A stretch of DNA of 64,000 bases. It comes from Eledone cirrhosa (taxonomy: Eukaryota). The stretch is from positions 296,112,001 to 296,176,000 of the forward strand of contig OZ024743.1 in assembly GCA_964016885.1 (NCBI GenBank). Reading direction: 5' to 3'. The notes below the pieces were generated by a model that saw only the letters and a list, made by a program, of their open reading frames with translations, was not told the origin of the DNA and did no database searches. Both the position numbers and the translations under genes were made by a program. Shown one piece after another: positions 40,263-54,018 of this stretch. Position 1 is the stretch's first letter, and each line of letters starts with the position of its first letter.

Positions 40263-40483
40263 TTATATCTATGTGTGTGTGTGGGGGTGGGGCGTCTGTG
40301 TGTGTGTGTGTGTGTGCTAATACAAAAACTTTTTACATAAAGTGGCGAATTGAGCATCTAATAAAATGCCTGAATTTATTTGTTCCGGCTCCCCTCACTC
40401 TGAGTTCAAATCCCACTGCGGTTAACTTTGCCTTTATTCCTTCGAGGTCCTTAAATAACGTACCAGCAAAATGCTAAGGTCTC

Positions 40484-40554
<71 letters not shown>

Positions 40555-41001
40555 TAAAAAATATATCTATTCGCTGCTTCATTTACCAAATTCAATACAG
40601 GGACAATTATATCATAACTGACGAGCTGGCTGGTTAAATGGCAGAATTCGAAATTATAGCCAGCACTGTCAGGAGACTAACCAGCTGTCTTTGGAAAATA
40701 ACATGCGCCTCACACTCAAAACTATGCAAGTAATCATATTTGTTACCTGCATGCCAAGGAAAAATTATTTCAATCTTGAGGCAGACTATTTAATGATCGC
40801 TGAAGACAACAAATTAAATATATTGCCATCAGCGACAAAACTAGTCATATATTTTGTAGAATCAAATAGATACACATGAGAGTTTGGTGGTATGTGTATG
40901 TTAGTGAATGAGTGTGGAGGAAGTGAGTAATTTGTTTGTCTGCATATGTGTGCAGAAGTGTGTCTCTGTATCAGCACAGGTATGCTGCATTACGCACAGA
41001 C

Positions 41002-41046
<45 letters not shown>

Positions 41047-41050
<4 letters not shown>

Positions 41051-41257
41051 AACGAGTAGGACCCCGACGGCTGAGCTCAAGCCGTTTCGACGGCTAATTC
41101 TGGACTAAAATGTCCAGAATTAGTCCAGAATTAGCCGTCGAAACGGCTTGAGCTCAGCCGTCGAGGTCCTACTCGTTCCTATTACCCACTCTACTACTCT
41201 AAGTATTGAGTACTTTGGTGCGTTATGGTCCATCTGGATCCTTACCACATTTCCTTC

Positions 41258-41260
<3 letters not shown>
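41047..41260. mobile_element. PLE pLTR end with inverted partial copy
   Basis: 41047-41108 is the reverse complement of ~41120-41182; same family as 45767. Confidence 0.75.
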
Positions 41261-41311
<51 letters not shown>

Positions 41312-41407
41312 CGTGTGCGTGTGTGTGTGTTTGTGTAATATATAATATATATAACTTAGATGCAAACAGTGTGAGACATCTTCCTATATCTAAATGCCAA
41401 TTCTCGA

Positions 41408-41462
<55 letters not shown>

Positions 41463-41529
41463 ATGTGTGTGTGTGTGTGTGTGTATTGTGATATATGTAT
41501 ATATATGTATATATATATGTATATATATA

Positions 41530-41876
41530 TACGATATTAAATAAATGGAAACTATATCCACAAAACCATATTTATTTCATTATATATATTTCAGGGATAT
41601 CATATTAACAATATGCTATGCCTTCCTCAGACAAAATACAATATAAACAGTTTTATAGATAAATAGATTTGACATACCGTACAACATCGACTTGTATTTG
41701 AAAAGTTGAATTGGCAGATTCAAAACTGGCAGATTCAAAATTGGCAGATTCAAAACTGTTTATAGTGTATTTTGTCTGAGGAAGGCATAGCATATTGTTA
41801 ATATGATATCCCTGAAATATATATAATGAAATAAATATGGTTTTGTGGATATAGTTTCCATTTATTTAATATCGTA
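41530..41876. repeat. Foldback with ~125-bp near-perfect arms, each carrying a hammerhead
   Basis: 41530-41654 versus 41752-41876; spacer contains a triplicated tggcagattcaaaa. Confidence 0.85.
41768..41833 (+). ncRNA. Type I hammerhead ribozyme (inverted copy ~41573-41638)
   Basis: tattttgt CTGAGGA agg...cct GAAA tatata TA atgaaata. Confidence 0.75.
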
Positions 41877-42090
41877 AATATACTCCAAATACTTGTCGAG
41901 TGCTTTTATATCAGTTATAAATATTTACTCGTTGTAACCCAACAATTTAAATATAACTTTCCATGTATATATATATATATATATATTTTTTTCTATCGAA
42001 TTGACTTTCGTCAAATCGGACCGAGGAAACAATGTTTCCGTTGGTCTTTCCAATTGCTAATACTATCTATCGGTCGCAACTATGGTTAGA

Positions 42091-42210
42091 AGGAGCAACG
42101 TGAAATAAGGTGTCTTGCCCAAGGACATAACGCATCGCCCGGTACGGGAATCGAACTCACAACCTCACGATTGCGAATCCAATTCTCTAACCACTCAGCC
42201 ATGCGCCTTC

Positions 42211-42211
<1 letters not shown>
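42091..42211 (-). mobile_element. SINE B tRNA-derived head
   Basis: Reverse complement gaaggcgcatggctgagtggttagag...gagttcgattcccg. Confidence 0.75.
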
Positions 42212-42295
<84 letters not shown>

Positions 42296-45200
42296 CATAA
42301 ACAAATAGTAGAAAGGAAAAAGATATTTTCAGTAGAAAATGCTGAAGAGTAAATTTCAGTGTAATATCAAAACATTTATTGATTCATAAAGAGGATATTT
42401 CCGCATTTAATATTGATACCGGTTTCAGCATTATATGCATTGTCAACTGCGGATATGCATAATATGGTTAAGTTCCATATTTATACAAATAATTGTTTCT
42501 ACTTTAGGCACAAGGCCAGCAATTACCCAGTATACAAATAATAATAATAAAAAGGGGAAGAAAAATTATTAATGTTTACATAGATATTTTGAGAGGAGAG
42601 TTTATATCTCTGTCCGTGTTTGTCCTTCTTTCTCTGTTAGTTGGCTAACAGAAGTAGTAGTTTTGATTTTTTGCTTTTGACTGGTAGTAGTTGGGGGAGA
42701 GGGGGAGGAGAGGGAGGAGGAGATGGGAGAAGAAGAAGAAGGAGAGGGGAGAAAGATAAGGAGACAAGGGATAGGTGTGGTGACAGTCTGTTTAAAGCCA
42801 CTCTCAGAAATTGCTACAAAGTCTAGCTGGGATTACTTTGAAAGGTCGGATGACCTTATAGTTGTCGGGGGGGGGGGATTCTAAAGAATATCTATCTTGG
42901 TATTTTATCTTAGAAGAAATCATCAACATTAACTGTGATTTTGCCACAAAATCCAGTCTGAGACCTCGGCTGTATTTTTTTCCTATTTACAAACTAAAAT
43001 AGAGGAAACCCCAAGCATACGTAGGTAGAAGTAGAAATATTTTATTTTTTCTTCACTTATTTTCTTTTTTCTTCATTAGTTACACATTCTAATTACAATT
43101 AAGTGGATCATTGCTTATTTACACTATTATATTCAGTTTCCATTCTTCCTTAGATTTACCCAAGCATTGTCACTCCTGTTAAATATACATAGCAACTGCG
43201 AACACATAGCTAGGGTTTTTTTCTGGAGGCGGTGTATCATTATGGAAGATAATATTGATAAATTACTACAATGAGGTGCCGTTCTAGTGTATTAGAGTAA
43301 CTAATAACTAAATTTTATTAATTAGAAATTTTATTAGTATTAAATCATATTTGCATTGCTCTTAGCCAATTTTAGACCTGGCATACTCATATTCCCTCTA
43401 CAACATTCCTTGTTTCTCATAGGTACTTACCCCTTTAGAGATAGCTGTAAAGAATTCTCTCTTAACGCATGACCTACCTGGCATCCACAGGTCAGAATGT
43501 CATCTTACTCCCGCTCCTTTGTTCTACAGGCAAGTTCAGCCACCGCCGCTATGAAAGAATTTAATTATGTATACGACATCCCAAAACCTTTGACCACTCC
43601 CCGTGACAGAAAAGAAAAACAACAATTTTTAGAATTGTTTCATATGATACTACTGCTATGTTTTGATTCCATGCCCATATATGGACTCTACCCCTTGATA
43701 AGTTCAGCTAGATTACTACCATCCTAACACTGGGTTAGCTCAGATCTAGCTGTCAAAACTTCAACTTAGGTATCACCTTAGATAAAAACACTAAAAACGG
43801 TAACTTCCTTGATGCTACCCTTTACCTGGACTCTATAATATATACACCCTTTCATAAACCACACGAAAAACTACTTTATGTAGATATCAACTCTAACCAC
43901 CCTAAATCCATATTAAACTCAATTACTAAAGGAATATCAAATAGAATATCTAATCTATCATATAACGAAACCATATTTAACAATAATCCCCAATACTATA
44001 ATGAGGCCTTAGTTAAATCAGGCCATAAAAATGAGATTAAATTTCTACCTATAAAATCACCTAGTTACAACATTATTTCTCACAATATGGCCATGAGGAA
44101 AAATAATAAAAGTAATAGCCACTCTAACTCAAATACGAAGGGTAATATCAAACTTAACTCGCACTAGAATAAAAACCAAAATGATAATATAAACAGAAAT
44201 ATAAACAATACCTCAAATAACGTTACAAAAAACAAAAATAGAAGAACTAATACATTCTTCAATCCCCTTTCAATCTAAACGTCTCTACCAACTTGCCTAA
44301 GGCTTTCTTCTCAATCCTAGAAAAAAACTTCCCAGCCGGCCACAAATACCATAACCTTATCAATAAAAATACCATTAAAATCTCTTACTCTACCACACCT
44401 AACATCGCATACGATATAGCTAGTAGTAATAAAAGGAAGATTAATAATTATTTCCAACTAATTAAATCAGGGGGTAAACTTACAGGGTAACATAGTACCA
44501 GAGATTTCTAGTAGCAATAATAATAATGATAATAGCACTAATGAAATTAATAACAATGGGAACGACAACCATCATTACCCTAATGCTATCCCTAACAACC
44601 AGCATCTACACAACATAGTTACCGGCAAGCAAACAACCAGAATAACTGTAACTGTAGAACAAATAGAACTTGCCCCTTAGGTAAAAATTGCTTAATCAAA
44701 GACATCATTTACTCATGCACGGTCAACACAAACAACTCTTCTAAAACATATATCGGTTCAACTTCGAACCGCTTCAAGACGAGATCTAACTCGCATCTCC
44801 ACACTTTCAAAAATCGCAATCTAGCCAACTCCACTTCTTTATCTAGCTACATACACTCTCTGAAAACTGGGAATAGACCATATACACTTCAAAGGGAAGT
44901 AATAGATAGGGCCGCATCGTATAAACCAAAGGTTCTCAACGGGGTGCATATACCCCGGGGGGGGGGGCGTTTCTGTGTTCCGGGGGTGGGAGTTTGGGAG
45001 CAAGGGGCGTTAGGGGGCGTTTGAAGCTTTGCGGGGCGCTGGAAACCTCTTTAGATTTTTAGTTTGGTAAGTTTTATAAGTCATATTTGTACGTCTCTTA
45101 GACAGCCTTTGTGAATGCATTTGAATGAAGAAAACGAAGAAAATAAATAAAAGAAGCTTGTCAACGAATTCCCTAGGAAGATAAAAAAAAAAACGAAAGA

Positions 45201-45633
45201 AATCAAAGAAAATGAACATAAGGATGTCAACTTTGACAACAGTTACAAGAACAACTTCAACAGAAATGACAACAAAAAGAAGCTATGGTGATGAAAGGTG
45301 TGGGTGTATACATATACATACATACGAACATACACACATGTATACGTACATACATACATACATACATACATACATACATACATACATACATACATACATA
45401 CATACATACATACATACACACACACACATATACACACACACATGCCTGCGTTAGTGTTTGATGAGGTTGAGAACCTGGTTAGCTTTCAGCCAGAGCTGAG
45501 GTATTTAATAAAATCTGGAGAAAGAATTTTCTCCGTACCAAAAAAACAAAAACAAATATAAATGCATGTATATATACAAATGTATAAATGCATAACACAT
45601 ACGTAAATGTATGTATATATGTATGTATGTATG

Positions 45634-45714
<81 letters not shown>

Positions 45715-45715
45715 C

Positions 45716-45768
<53 letters not shown>

Positions 45769-46859
45769 CGAAGGAAATGTGGTAAGGAACCAGATGGACC
45801 ATAACGCACCAAAGTACTCAATACTTAGGGTAGTAAAGTGGGTAATAGGAACAAGTATGACCCCGACGGCAGAGCCCAACCCGTTTCGTCGGCTAATTCT
45901 GGACTAAATAAGAATTTTTAGCCTGGTAAATAAACAGCCGAACATCTCAGGGGGTAATTCCATATATGGGAAGATAGTAATTGTCAAAAGGATTGGTCAA
46001 AAATTTGTTGTAAAGACAGATGATTCTATCATGGCATTTAGTGGGAGGTAGGGGTAGCTGAACTTGCCGGTAGAACAAAGTGGGAGTGGGGGTAACCCAG
46101 TCCAGCGTTGAAAGTGAAATCTATACAGCAGATTCTAAGGATAGTGTATAGAAGGTCGAAAAAAGTGTACTGGAGAAGTGGGGTTGAAAAAATAGGTAAA
46201 TCGAAAGGGAGTAAACAAAAAAGCCATTATAAAAATAAGGAAATAAATATAAAAAAAATATAAAAAACAATTTCTGATTACTACTCCATCCCCACAATCA
46301 CCGAATCTCTCATTGGTGTGGCTAAGCTATAGAAAAGTTTAATAGGTGGAGAAAAATACTAAATACGAGATTGTAGTGAAAGAATTTTATAAAGCCATTT
46401 TTACAGGGGGTCTAACACCACTGTTATAGTTAGTAGTATTCAGTTAATGCTATCTTACAATGACAGGTTAATAAGTTGAAGACCAACATACTAAAAAACT
46501 AATACGAAATATTAATTCAGAATACTAATACATAAATACTAATAAAAGAATACTAATGCAAAAACACCACTAAGAAATTTAGAAATCACGGAAATGGAGC
46601 AGCAACCACAAAGGGTAGGGGTACTGAGGCTACCGAGGACCGATGGGCTGCATCGGGGTGGGCGAAAAGGTGAAAAAAAAGACGACAAGGAAGGAGATCT
46701 GGTGTGGAAGGACTAGGAAGAGATTGGGGGAAGAAGGAAATATAGAGGAAAAGATAAAAAAATAAATAAATAAAAAGTTACGTCTACCTTTGTAAGCAGG
46801 GGTTACTCCTTACAAAGTCGGCAAGTGGGGTGTTTCAGCCCTTGTCTACCCCCCAGGTC

Positions 46860-47965
46860 ATTATGGCGTTTGAGGGCGAGGTAAGTCCTACGCAATCTGT
46901 GTTTGCATGCAGTTACCAGTTCGTCTTTCTTGTTTAGGAGTTGGTCCGTCGAAAACAACATTTGTAATGTTTCCTCCGAGCATAAGTTACACGGACGGCG
47001 TCCTCCCGTGTAAGCGTTGGCTCTGGACAGTAAGCTCCAAGTGAGATTATAGGTTATGTTGTTATCTTTGAGGTCCTAGATGTGGCCCGAAAGTGTAGTG
47101 GCGTGACGCCGGGTCGGGTTTCGGAAAGTATGTCTGTGTAGGTAGAGCCGGGTCTTGAAGTCACAAGCGGTTAATCCTATATAAGCTTTGTTGGAGGTGT
47201 CCGTCCTCAGGTTGCACTGGTAGATCACATTACGATCTCGGCATCTGTTGTTGAAGGGGCAAAGGGATCTATCAGGACAGTTACAGCTCCTGGTCGGCTC
47301 TCCACTGTTGTCTAGGTTATTTCTTCCATAGCGGTTGAGTTTTTTGTTGTTAGACGAGACGATGTTTTGTGCAAAGTTAGGTGTGGTGCTGTAGGGGAGT
47401 TTGGTGGTGTTTTTGTTGATTATGTTGTGGTAGCGGTGTTGTAGTGGGAAGTGTTTTTCGGTGAGCCTAAAGAAGGTTTTCCCGATAGGTGTTGTCACCT
47501 CGGCATTGTGGGGAGGATTGAACCACGTTACGTTGCGTGAGCGGCGGTGTCGCCTGCTGGTTCCGCTAATGGAAGCTGGATAATAGGATATTTCCTCCCG
47601 GAAGCCACTCCGCTTGAGGGCCTGGTTGTAATAAGGCGCATGCTCATCGAATATCTGCTCATTAGCGTACAAACGAGATATGCGGAGAGAGATGTTTTTA
47701 ACCAGGTTATTGGTGATGTTTCTAGGATGGTTCGACCGGCGGTGGATGTAATGCAGGTTGTCATTTGCTTTCCTGTATGGGTAGTACAGATCATTATCGA
47801 GGTTAAGGGTAATGTCCAGGAAGTTTACTCGGGTTAGGGACGTTTGTAGGGTTATTATAAATCCTCAGTAGCGGAAGAAGCTGATTAATTGTTTACGGAG
47901 CCGGTCTGTACTATTGGGGTTGTACCTTTTGAGGGTAAGGAGCCCATCATCTCGGTACAATCCAC
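46860..47965 (-). pseudogene. PLE reverse transcriptase C-terminus plus GIY-YIG endonuclease, with in-frame stops
   Basis: Includes ORF 47076-47672 and flanking in-frame segments. Confidence 0.88.
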
Positions 47966-48108
47966 AGGGTTTCCCCTCTCCCTCTTTGTTCTACCGGCAA
48001 GTTCAGCTACCCCTACCTTCCACTAAATGCCATGATAGAATCATCTGTCTTTACAACAAATTTTTTACCAATCCTTTTGACAATTACTATCTTCCCATAT
48101 ATGGAATT

Positions 48109-48204
48109 ACCCCCTGAGTAGTCCGGCTATTTATTTACCAGGCTAAAAATTCTTATTTAGTCCAGAATTAGCCGTCGAAACGGCTTGAACTCTGTCGTCG
48201 GGGT
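48109..48204 (+). ncRNA. Hammerhead-like fold with a variant core in a PLE pLTR
   Basis: acccc CTGAGTA g..cggcta...tagccg.c GAAA cggc...gtcg TC ggggt; the core deviates from CUGANGA. Confidence 0.55.
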
Positions 48205-48239
48205 CATACTTGTTCCTATATATATATATATATATATAA

Positions 48240-48339
<100 letters not shown>

Positions 48340-48422
48340 CTACATACATACATACATTTACGTATGTATACAGCTATGCATTTATACATTTGTATATATA
48401 CATGCATTTATATTTAAGTGTG

Positions 48423-48472
<50 letters not shown>

Positions 48473-48670
48473 ATGAAAACCACAGACCCTCCATCTCAAC
48501 TCTACTTTTGAAAAGCAGAAGAACTGCGAAACTGGTAAAGGAACCAAATAAATATATATATTTTTTTTAAAATAAGACTCCAGTTGCATTTTCGATTTCT
48601 TCTTTTTTTCTTTATATTTCACTCGTGTAGGACACCTCGCTTATTTTTCATTTTGTAAAAAAAACCTCAC

Positions 48671-48751
<81 letters not shown>

Positions 48752-48890
48752 CCACACACACACATATACATTTTCTTTTTTCAGTCTGGTCTACCATGTT
48801 TGAGCCCCCTGCTGGAGATAGATAGATAGACGCTTACCAAACACACACACACATTTCTTACTCTCACTGCCCTGCCCCCCTCTTTCTCTC

Positions 48891-48952
<62 letters not shown>

Positions 48953-50008
48953 TATAGCGTTGTTATTTGGTGTTGTTGGAAAGAGCAGTGGCCTTTGAAC
49001 TGGCAATAAAAACTGGAGACAAAATTCTTTCTATACCAAAACCAAGGCACACACACACACACACAGGTTGTGTGTGTATGTATGTGTGCATGTGTGCGTG
49101 CGCGTTTGTGTGTGTGTGTATATCTATCTATGTATATTTATAAGGGATACAGATATTGCTTTCTCAGTCACCAAGCTTCTCAACTCATTCATTGCTACTA
49201 AGTCTTTTATATTGCTACGAGGTATATTATTTTGGAAGGTACTATTTTGCCCCTGAGTTTGTGATTTTAGAGAAAGGTAAGAAATTCTTCATATTTTGCA
49301 TCTTCTGTATTTTGACTTTACAGTTTCAATTGTCTATCCACTCAAAATATTACAACAACTAACAGTGACATATAGAATTTTAAAAAAAAAAGCTTTTTCG
49401 ACTGAAAACAAATGTTTTTTTTTTTATTTCAAAAATATATAATTTGAAATAGATTGCTTTTGATTTGGACTTAAACATTTTTGTATTTAATTCGTACGGG
49501 TTTTTTTTAAAGATTCTAAGATAATTTGATTTGGCCCAGTAATCTACTGATATCAAAATTAGCAGTATATTGAAAAATGGAAAAATAGGGTAGTGTGGGC
49601 GTTTCGTGATTTCGAGGGGCAAAAGGGCCGAAATGGGTTGAGAACCTTTGGTATAAACCACCGAATAAATTACGAAACCTCTGTCTTCTAGAGACCCGCA
49701 CTATAATCTATTCTAAACTAGACCTCCTAAATAGAAAATCAGAGGTTTTTTTCCATGTGCCAGCACTACCACCAACACTCTTTCCATAGCTTTAAACCTA
49801 GCTGCTAGTATATAACAATGTCAGATCTGAATTCCTCACCACCATTAACACTTCACGTCTAGGTCTTATCAGTATATAAGTACCCCCACATCATCACACT
49901 CTATGATCAGCTCATCCCTCTACCTAACTCCTATTTATCTCAAAGCTTATACCCTACAATAACTATTAGGAATAAACGTAAAGTTAACACCATTTAATAT
50001 AACCACGA

Positions 50009-50366
50009 TAGCTTGCTTATATTATATTCAGTAATGGATAGATAATGATATGACGAGACACTTAATGTATTATAGAAAAATAAATTATATTTATTATTAA
50101 ATATATAAATTAATAGCATTAAATATAAGGAATTCACTTATAACATAATATAATGTATATTAATAACACAAGAGATTTAACTATACATTTTTTCTATAGC
50201 TTACTTATACTTTATTCAGTAATGGATAGATAACAATATAATGAGACCTTTAATGTATTATAGGAAAATAGATTGTATTGAAAATTAAATATAAACAAAT
50301 AGCATTGTATAAAAGGGATTCACTGGTAACACAATATAATGTATATTAGCACAGGGAATTTAACTA
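50009..50366. repeat. Diverged tandem duplication (~188-bp unit) in the PLE 3' region
   Basis: tagctt.cttata..ttattcagtaatggatagataa... occurs twice. Confidence 0.75.
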
Positions 50367-51146
50367 ATTGGAGCTGTAAACAACTATACATTTTTATCAT
50401 TTTTTCTAATTTCTTCTATCATATACAATTTAATCGCTAGTTACCTCCCCTTTCGCATTAGCTCCCCTTAATATAGATCTCAAACTCACTTCCGGAAATT
50501 AAACCGCTAGAAGAATCACTCCACAACAACTCGAACCCCGGATAACAATATAATAGGACCAATATACAATCCATAGCTGTAACTAATTAAAAACATCCAT
50601 TAAAATAAAATTATAACTAATGTAATGGAAAAGATAGCAATAACATTGATACTCTCAACACACACATTTGAACATTATAGAAACAATCATCACACTACAT
50701 CCACCATAAACTCATAATTTTAATACACAAACATCTTTGCCTGCTTTATATGCTTGTAAACCTATGTTATTTTATGTGATACCTTTGCCATGCAGTAATT
50801 ATATATGCCTAGTACCATTGCTTGTTTCCTTCCTGTATATGCCTAACGCATTTGCACTCTCTATACGCTTGCATATGTACTGCTAGTGTCCTCGTTTTAT
50901 GAGTAACTCTCTACTTTAATTATTATACTATTCCCTTGTAATCTCTGTCGCATGAATTCCACTCTGTGCCTTTTTAATTTTTAATTTTTAATTTTTAATT
51001 TTAATTATTGTACAATTCTCTTGTAATCTATGTCGCTTCCAATCCACTCTGTAAATACGAAACTGTTGTTGACAACATTAATATCCATGTATTTATATGA
51101 TTGTTAAGTTGAATAGGAGGGTAATTATATGTACAAACATTGCTAG

Positions 51147-51193
51147 TGCTCCGATGATTCCAAACGAAAGTTTGGAAGAAACGATTGTCAGCA
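51147..51193 (+). ncRNA. Type I hammerhead ribozyme with a U4C core change
   Basis: tgct CCGATGA ttccaaac gaaa gtttggaa GAAA cgattg TC agca; followed by aataaa. Confidence 0.75.
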
Positions 51194-51227
51194 ATAAAAT
51201 GATTTGAACATAGCTTTGATTATTGTG

Positions 51228-51304
<77 letters not shown>

Positions 51305-51307
<3 letters not shown>

Positions 51308-51894
51308 CGTTTCTGAATTTGTTTGGCAAGATACTTTATCTGAAAACGTGTGTTGAAACCGATATTGTTATACTTTGGGAGGGTCATGTTGCCAATAAGA
51401 AACACATGCACCAGTTGCTTTCACTCCAATTTATTATAAATTAAATTTATAAATTTAAGAATTTATAAATTTCCGGTTGGTTGGTTGGTTCCACAACCGG
51501 ACGGTTGTTCATATATTGTCAAAGTTCTTTCGTCATGTAAATAAACAAATAAATAAACAAATCAAAACACACACAGACACCCGGATGTAACACATGCGCA
51601 AACTAAGCCCACAACACACACAAAAACAAGATGGCGTAGGACAGAACAATGAGAGGCACAAAACAAAGATAATAATCCCCAGTCACTGAAGAGGTCACAG
51701 AATGTGTGACGAAAGAACTTTGACAATATATGAACAACCGTCCGGTGACTGGAGATTCTTGTCTTTGTTTTGTGCCTCTCCTTTCTGTCCTACGCCATCT
51801 TGTTTTGGTGTGTGTTGTGTGCTTAGTTTGCGCATGTGTTACATCTGGGTGTCTGTGTGTTTTTATTTGTTTATTTATATTTTATTTGTTTATC

Positions 51895-51895
<1 letters not shown>
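51305..51895. mobile_element. ORF-less PLE pLTR derivative with two inversions (family of 34091-35220)
   Basis: Segments match 34795-35220 in alternating orientations. Confidence 0.8.
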
Positions 51896-51957
<62 letters not shown>

Positions 51958-51979
51958 ATCTTCATCTTCCTCTTTTTAC

Positions 51980-52780
51980 TTCAACAACAGTTAGTTTACC
52001 ATACCGAGAAAAAATGTTTCACCTTATGCGGATCTCAGTTCGGTCTGAATGAAGTTGTACGGAAAGGAAAAACAACCGTACGAATATACATGCGCAGAAA
52101 CGGTCACTTCTCCTGGGCGAGGTAATCCCACGATTGATCGATGTAAGGGAAATAACTGTGGATGACCGAAATAAAATATTCGAGTTATTCAGAATATTAG
52201 ATTGTTGATGTTAGTCAATCTGGAGCTTTGTAATTATGTAATGAGTGTTTCCAGACGTGTGGACAACGTAAAAAAAGCTCATTACTTGAATTTAGGCAAT
52301 CGTTATTACGTATTCTTCTCAGGTTATTGATGCTTTCTTAAATGCACAGTCCACAAGACGGATTTCCTCTTGCGTATGGCTTGGATTTAGTAATAGCTTT
52401 CCATTGGTAGAGTAGTCTGCGCCTGATAATTTGAGGGACCATACGTGATTCGCGAGTTTCGTGGACGATCGTTTGTTCGGGTAACTAAAGGTTGACTGAT
52501 GGTCCAGGAAGCGTTCCTTAATCCGGCTCTCCGCCATACCTACATAGGATTTAACCTCTTGTGCCTTGCCCAGGAGAAGTGACCGTTTCTGCGCATGCGT
52601 ATTCGTACAGTTGTTTTTCCTATTCCGTACAACTTCATTCAGACCGAGCTGAAGATCCGAATAAGGTGAAACATTTGTTCTCGGTATGGTGAACAAACTT
52701 TTGCTGAACTATCTCTACCAAACTCGTCCCTTGGACTGAGTGCTCTACTGCCGAGGATATAACCCTCCAGTGTTCTACTA
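51980..52780 (-). mobile_element. Short PLE: GIY-YIG fragment plus pLTR, with inverted 5' pLTR
   Basis: SYVGMAESRIKERFLDHQSTF...STKLANHVW at ~52560-52320; 52565-52705 is an inverted copy of ~51985-52120. Confidence 0.8.
52643..52685 (+). ncRNA. Type I minimal hammerhead ribozyme
   Basis: accgag CTGAAGA tccgaataaggt GAAA catttg TT ctcggt; perfect 6-bp helix I. Confidence 0.8.
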
Positions 52781-52797
52781 TTATATATATATAGTGA

Positions 52798-52854
<57 letters not shown>

Positions 52855-52999
52855 GATAGATAGATATAGATATATACAGATATGTATATATACAAGCATA
52901 CATGTATACATACATACATACATACATACATACATACATACATACATACATACATACATACATACATACATACATACATACATACATACATACATACAT

Positions 53000-53068
53000 G
53001 CAATAAAATCCATATCTACACATGTGAAATTATCTACCTTTGTGAAATTATAAAACCAGAAGAACATA
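53000..53068 (+). mobile_element. Short 3'-end fragment of the R4/Dong family
   Basis: ctttgtgaaattataaaaccagaagaacata is identical to 30129-30159; caataa.atccatatctacacatg matches ~30000-30022. Confidence 0.75.
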
Positions 53069-53604
53069 CATTACATACATACATGTGTGTCTGCGAGGCT
53101 AGAGTGTGCATGTGACTTTGTGACTGCGGATATTTCTGACCGCAAACACTAATAACCCAACTGGCGTGTGCAATGAGAAATCTGGATTGTCGTTTATCAT
53201 TGTATGCTGTTGAAAAGTAAAGCCAAACGAACGATTTGATTTCTTTTCATCATAACGCTCTTCTTGAAATGCTTTCTCTTTTTCTTTCGTTTCTTTTTTA
53301 TTTATCTTCATATTTATCTTCTATATTATACGACATAATGTTCTTATTGGTATTCTTAGTCTATTCTTCTCATATCAATTCTATTTCATGCGTGGTTTTC
53401 CCCCTTGAATACTGTATATAGAAAGAGAAGCAGACATTGATATGTTACACCCATTACTATAGCGTGCAGATTTAGCCTGCAATGGCCGCAGGGGAAATAT
53501 TGCCAAAATATCTAAACAGACCGATGATTATTTCAACAACTACAACAATAATTTTGCCACACACCACATATTTATAGACACAGGGTCATATGCACACACA
53601 CACG

Positions 53605-53639
<35 letters not shown>

Positions 53640-53704
53640 GTGTGTGCGTGTATATTATACATATATATATACAGGTCTTATGAGACATATATATATACAT
53701 ATAC

Positions 53705-53795
<91 letters not shown>

Positions 53796-53863
53796 CAGAT
53801 AGATAATATACATATTTATACAGAAGTGTATACATCATATATATATATATGTTTGTGTGTATA

Positions 53864-53905
<42 letters not shown>

Positions 53906-53918
53906 GTATATATATATG

Positions 53919-53976
<58 letters not shown>

Positions 53977-53979
53977 TGT

Positions 53980-54018
<39 letters not shown>

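Larger units (their letters stand above)
45767..48216 (-). mobile_element. 5'-truncated Penelope-like element with inverted 5' pLTR, nested in the hAT
   Basis: Minus strand GLYRDDGL, NFLDITL, SNHP, WFNPP, CNC..CP, VIY...YIGLT..FKTR; 47967-48216 is an inverted copy of ~45845-46097. Confidence 0.92.

Noticed and set aside
42120-42211. tRNA gene
   Set aside because: A and B boxes are present but the sequence continues into SINE body; it is a tRNA-derived SINE head.
42410-42450. Minus-strand hammerhead remnant (…GAAA ccgg TA…)
   Set aside because: The CUGANGA strand is not intact and helix I is ambiguous.
45466-45478. Alternative right TIR for the hAT element (gttgagaacctgg)
   Set aside because: The match is shorter and not followed by the TSD; 49637-49650 gives a perfect TIR plus TSD.
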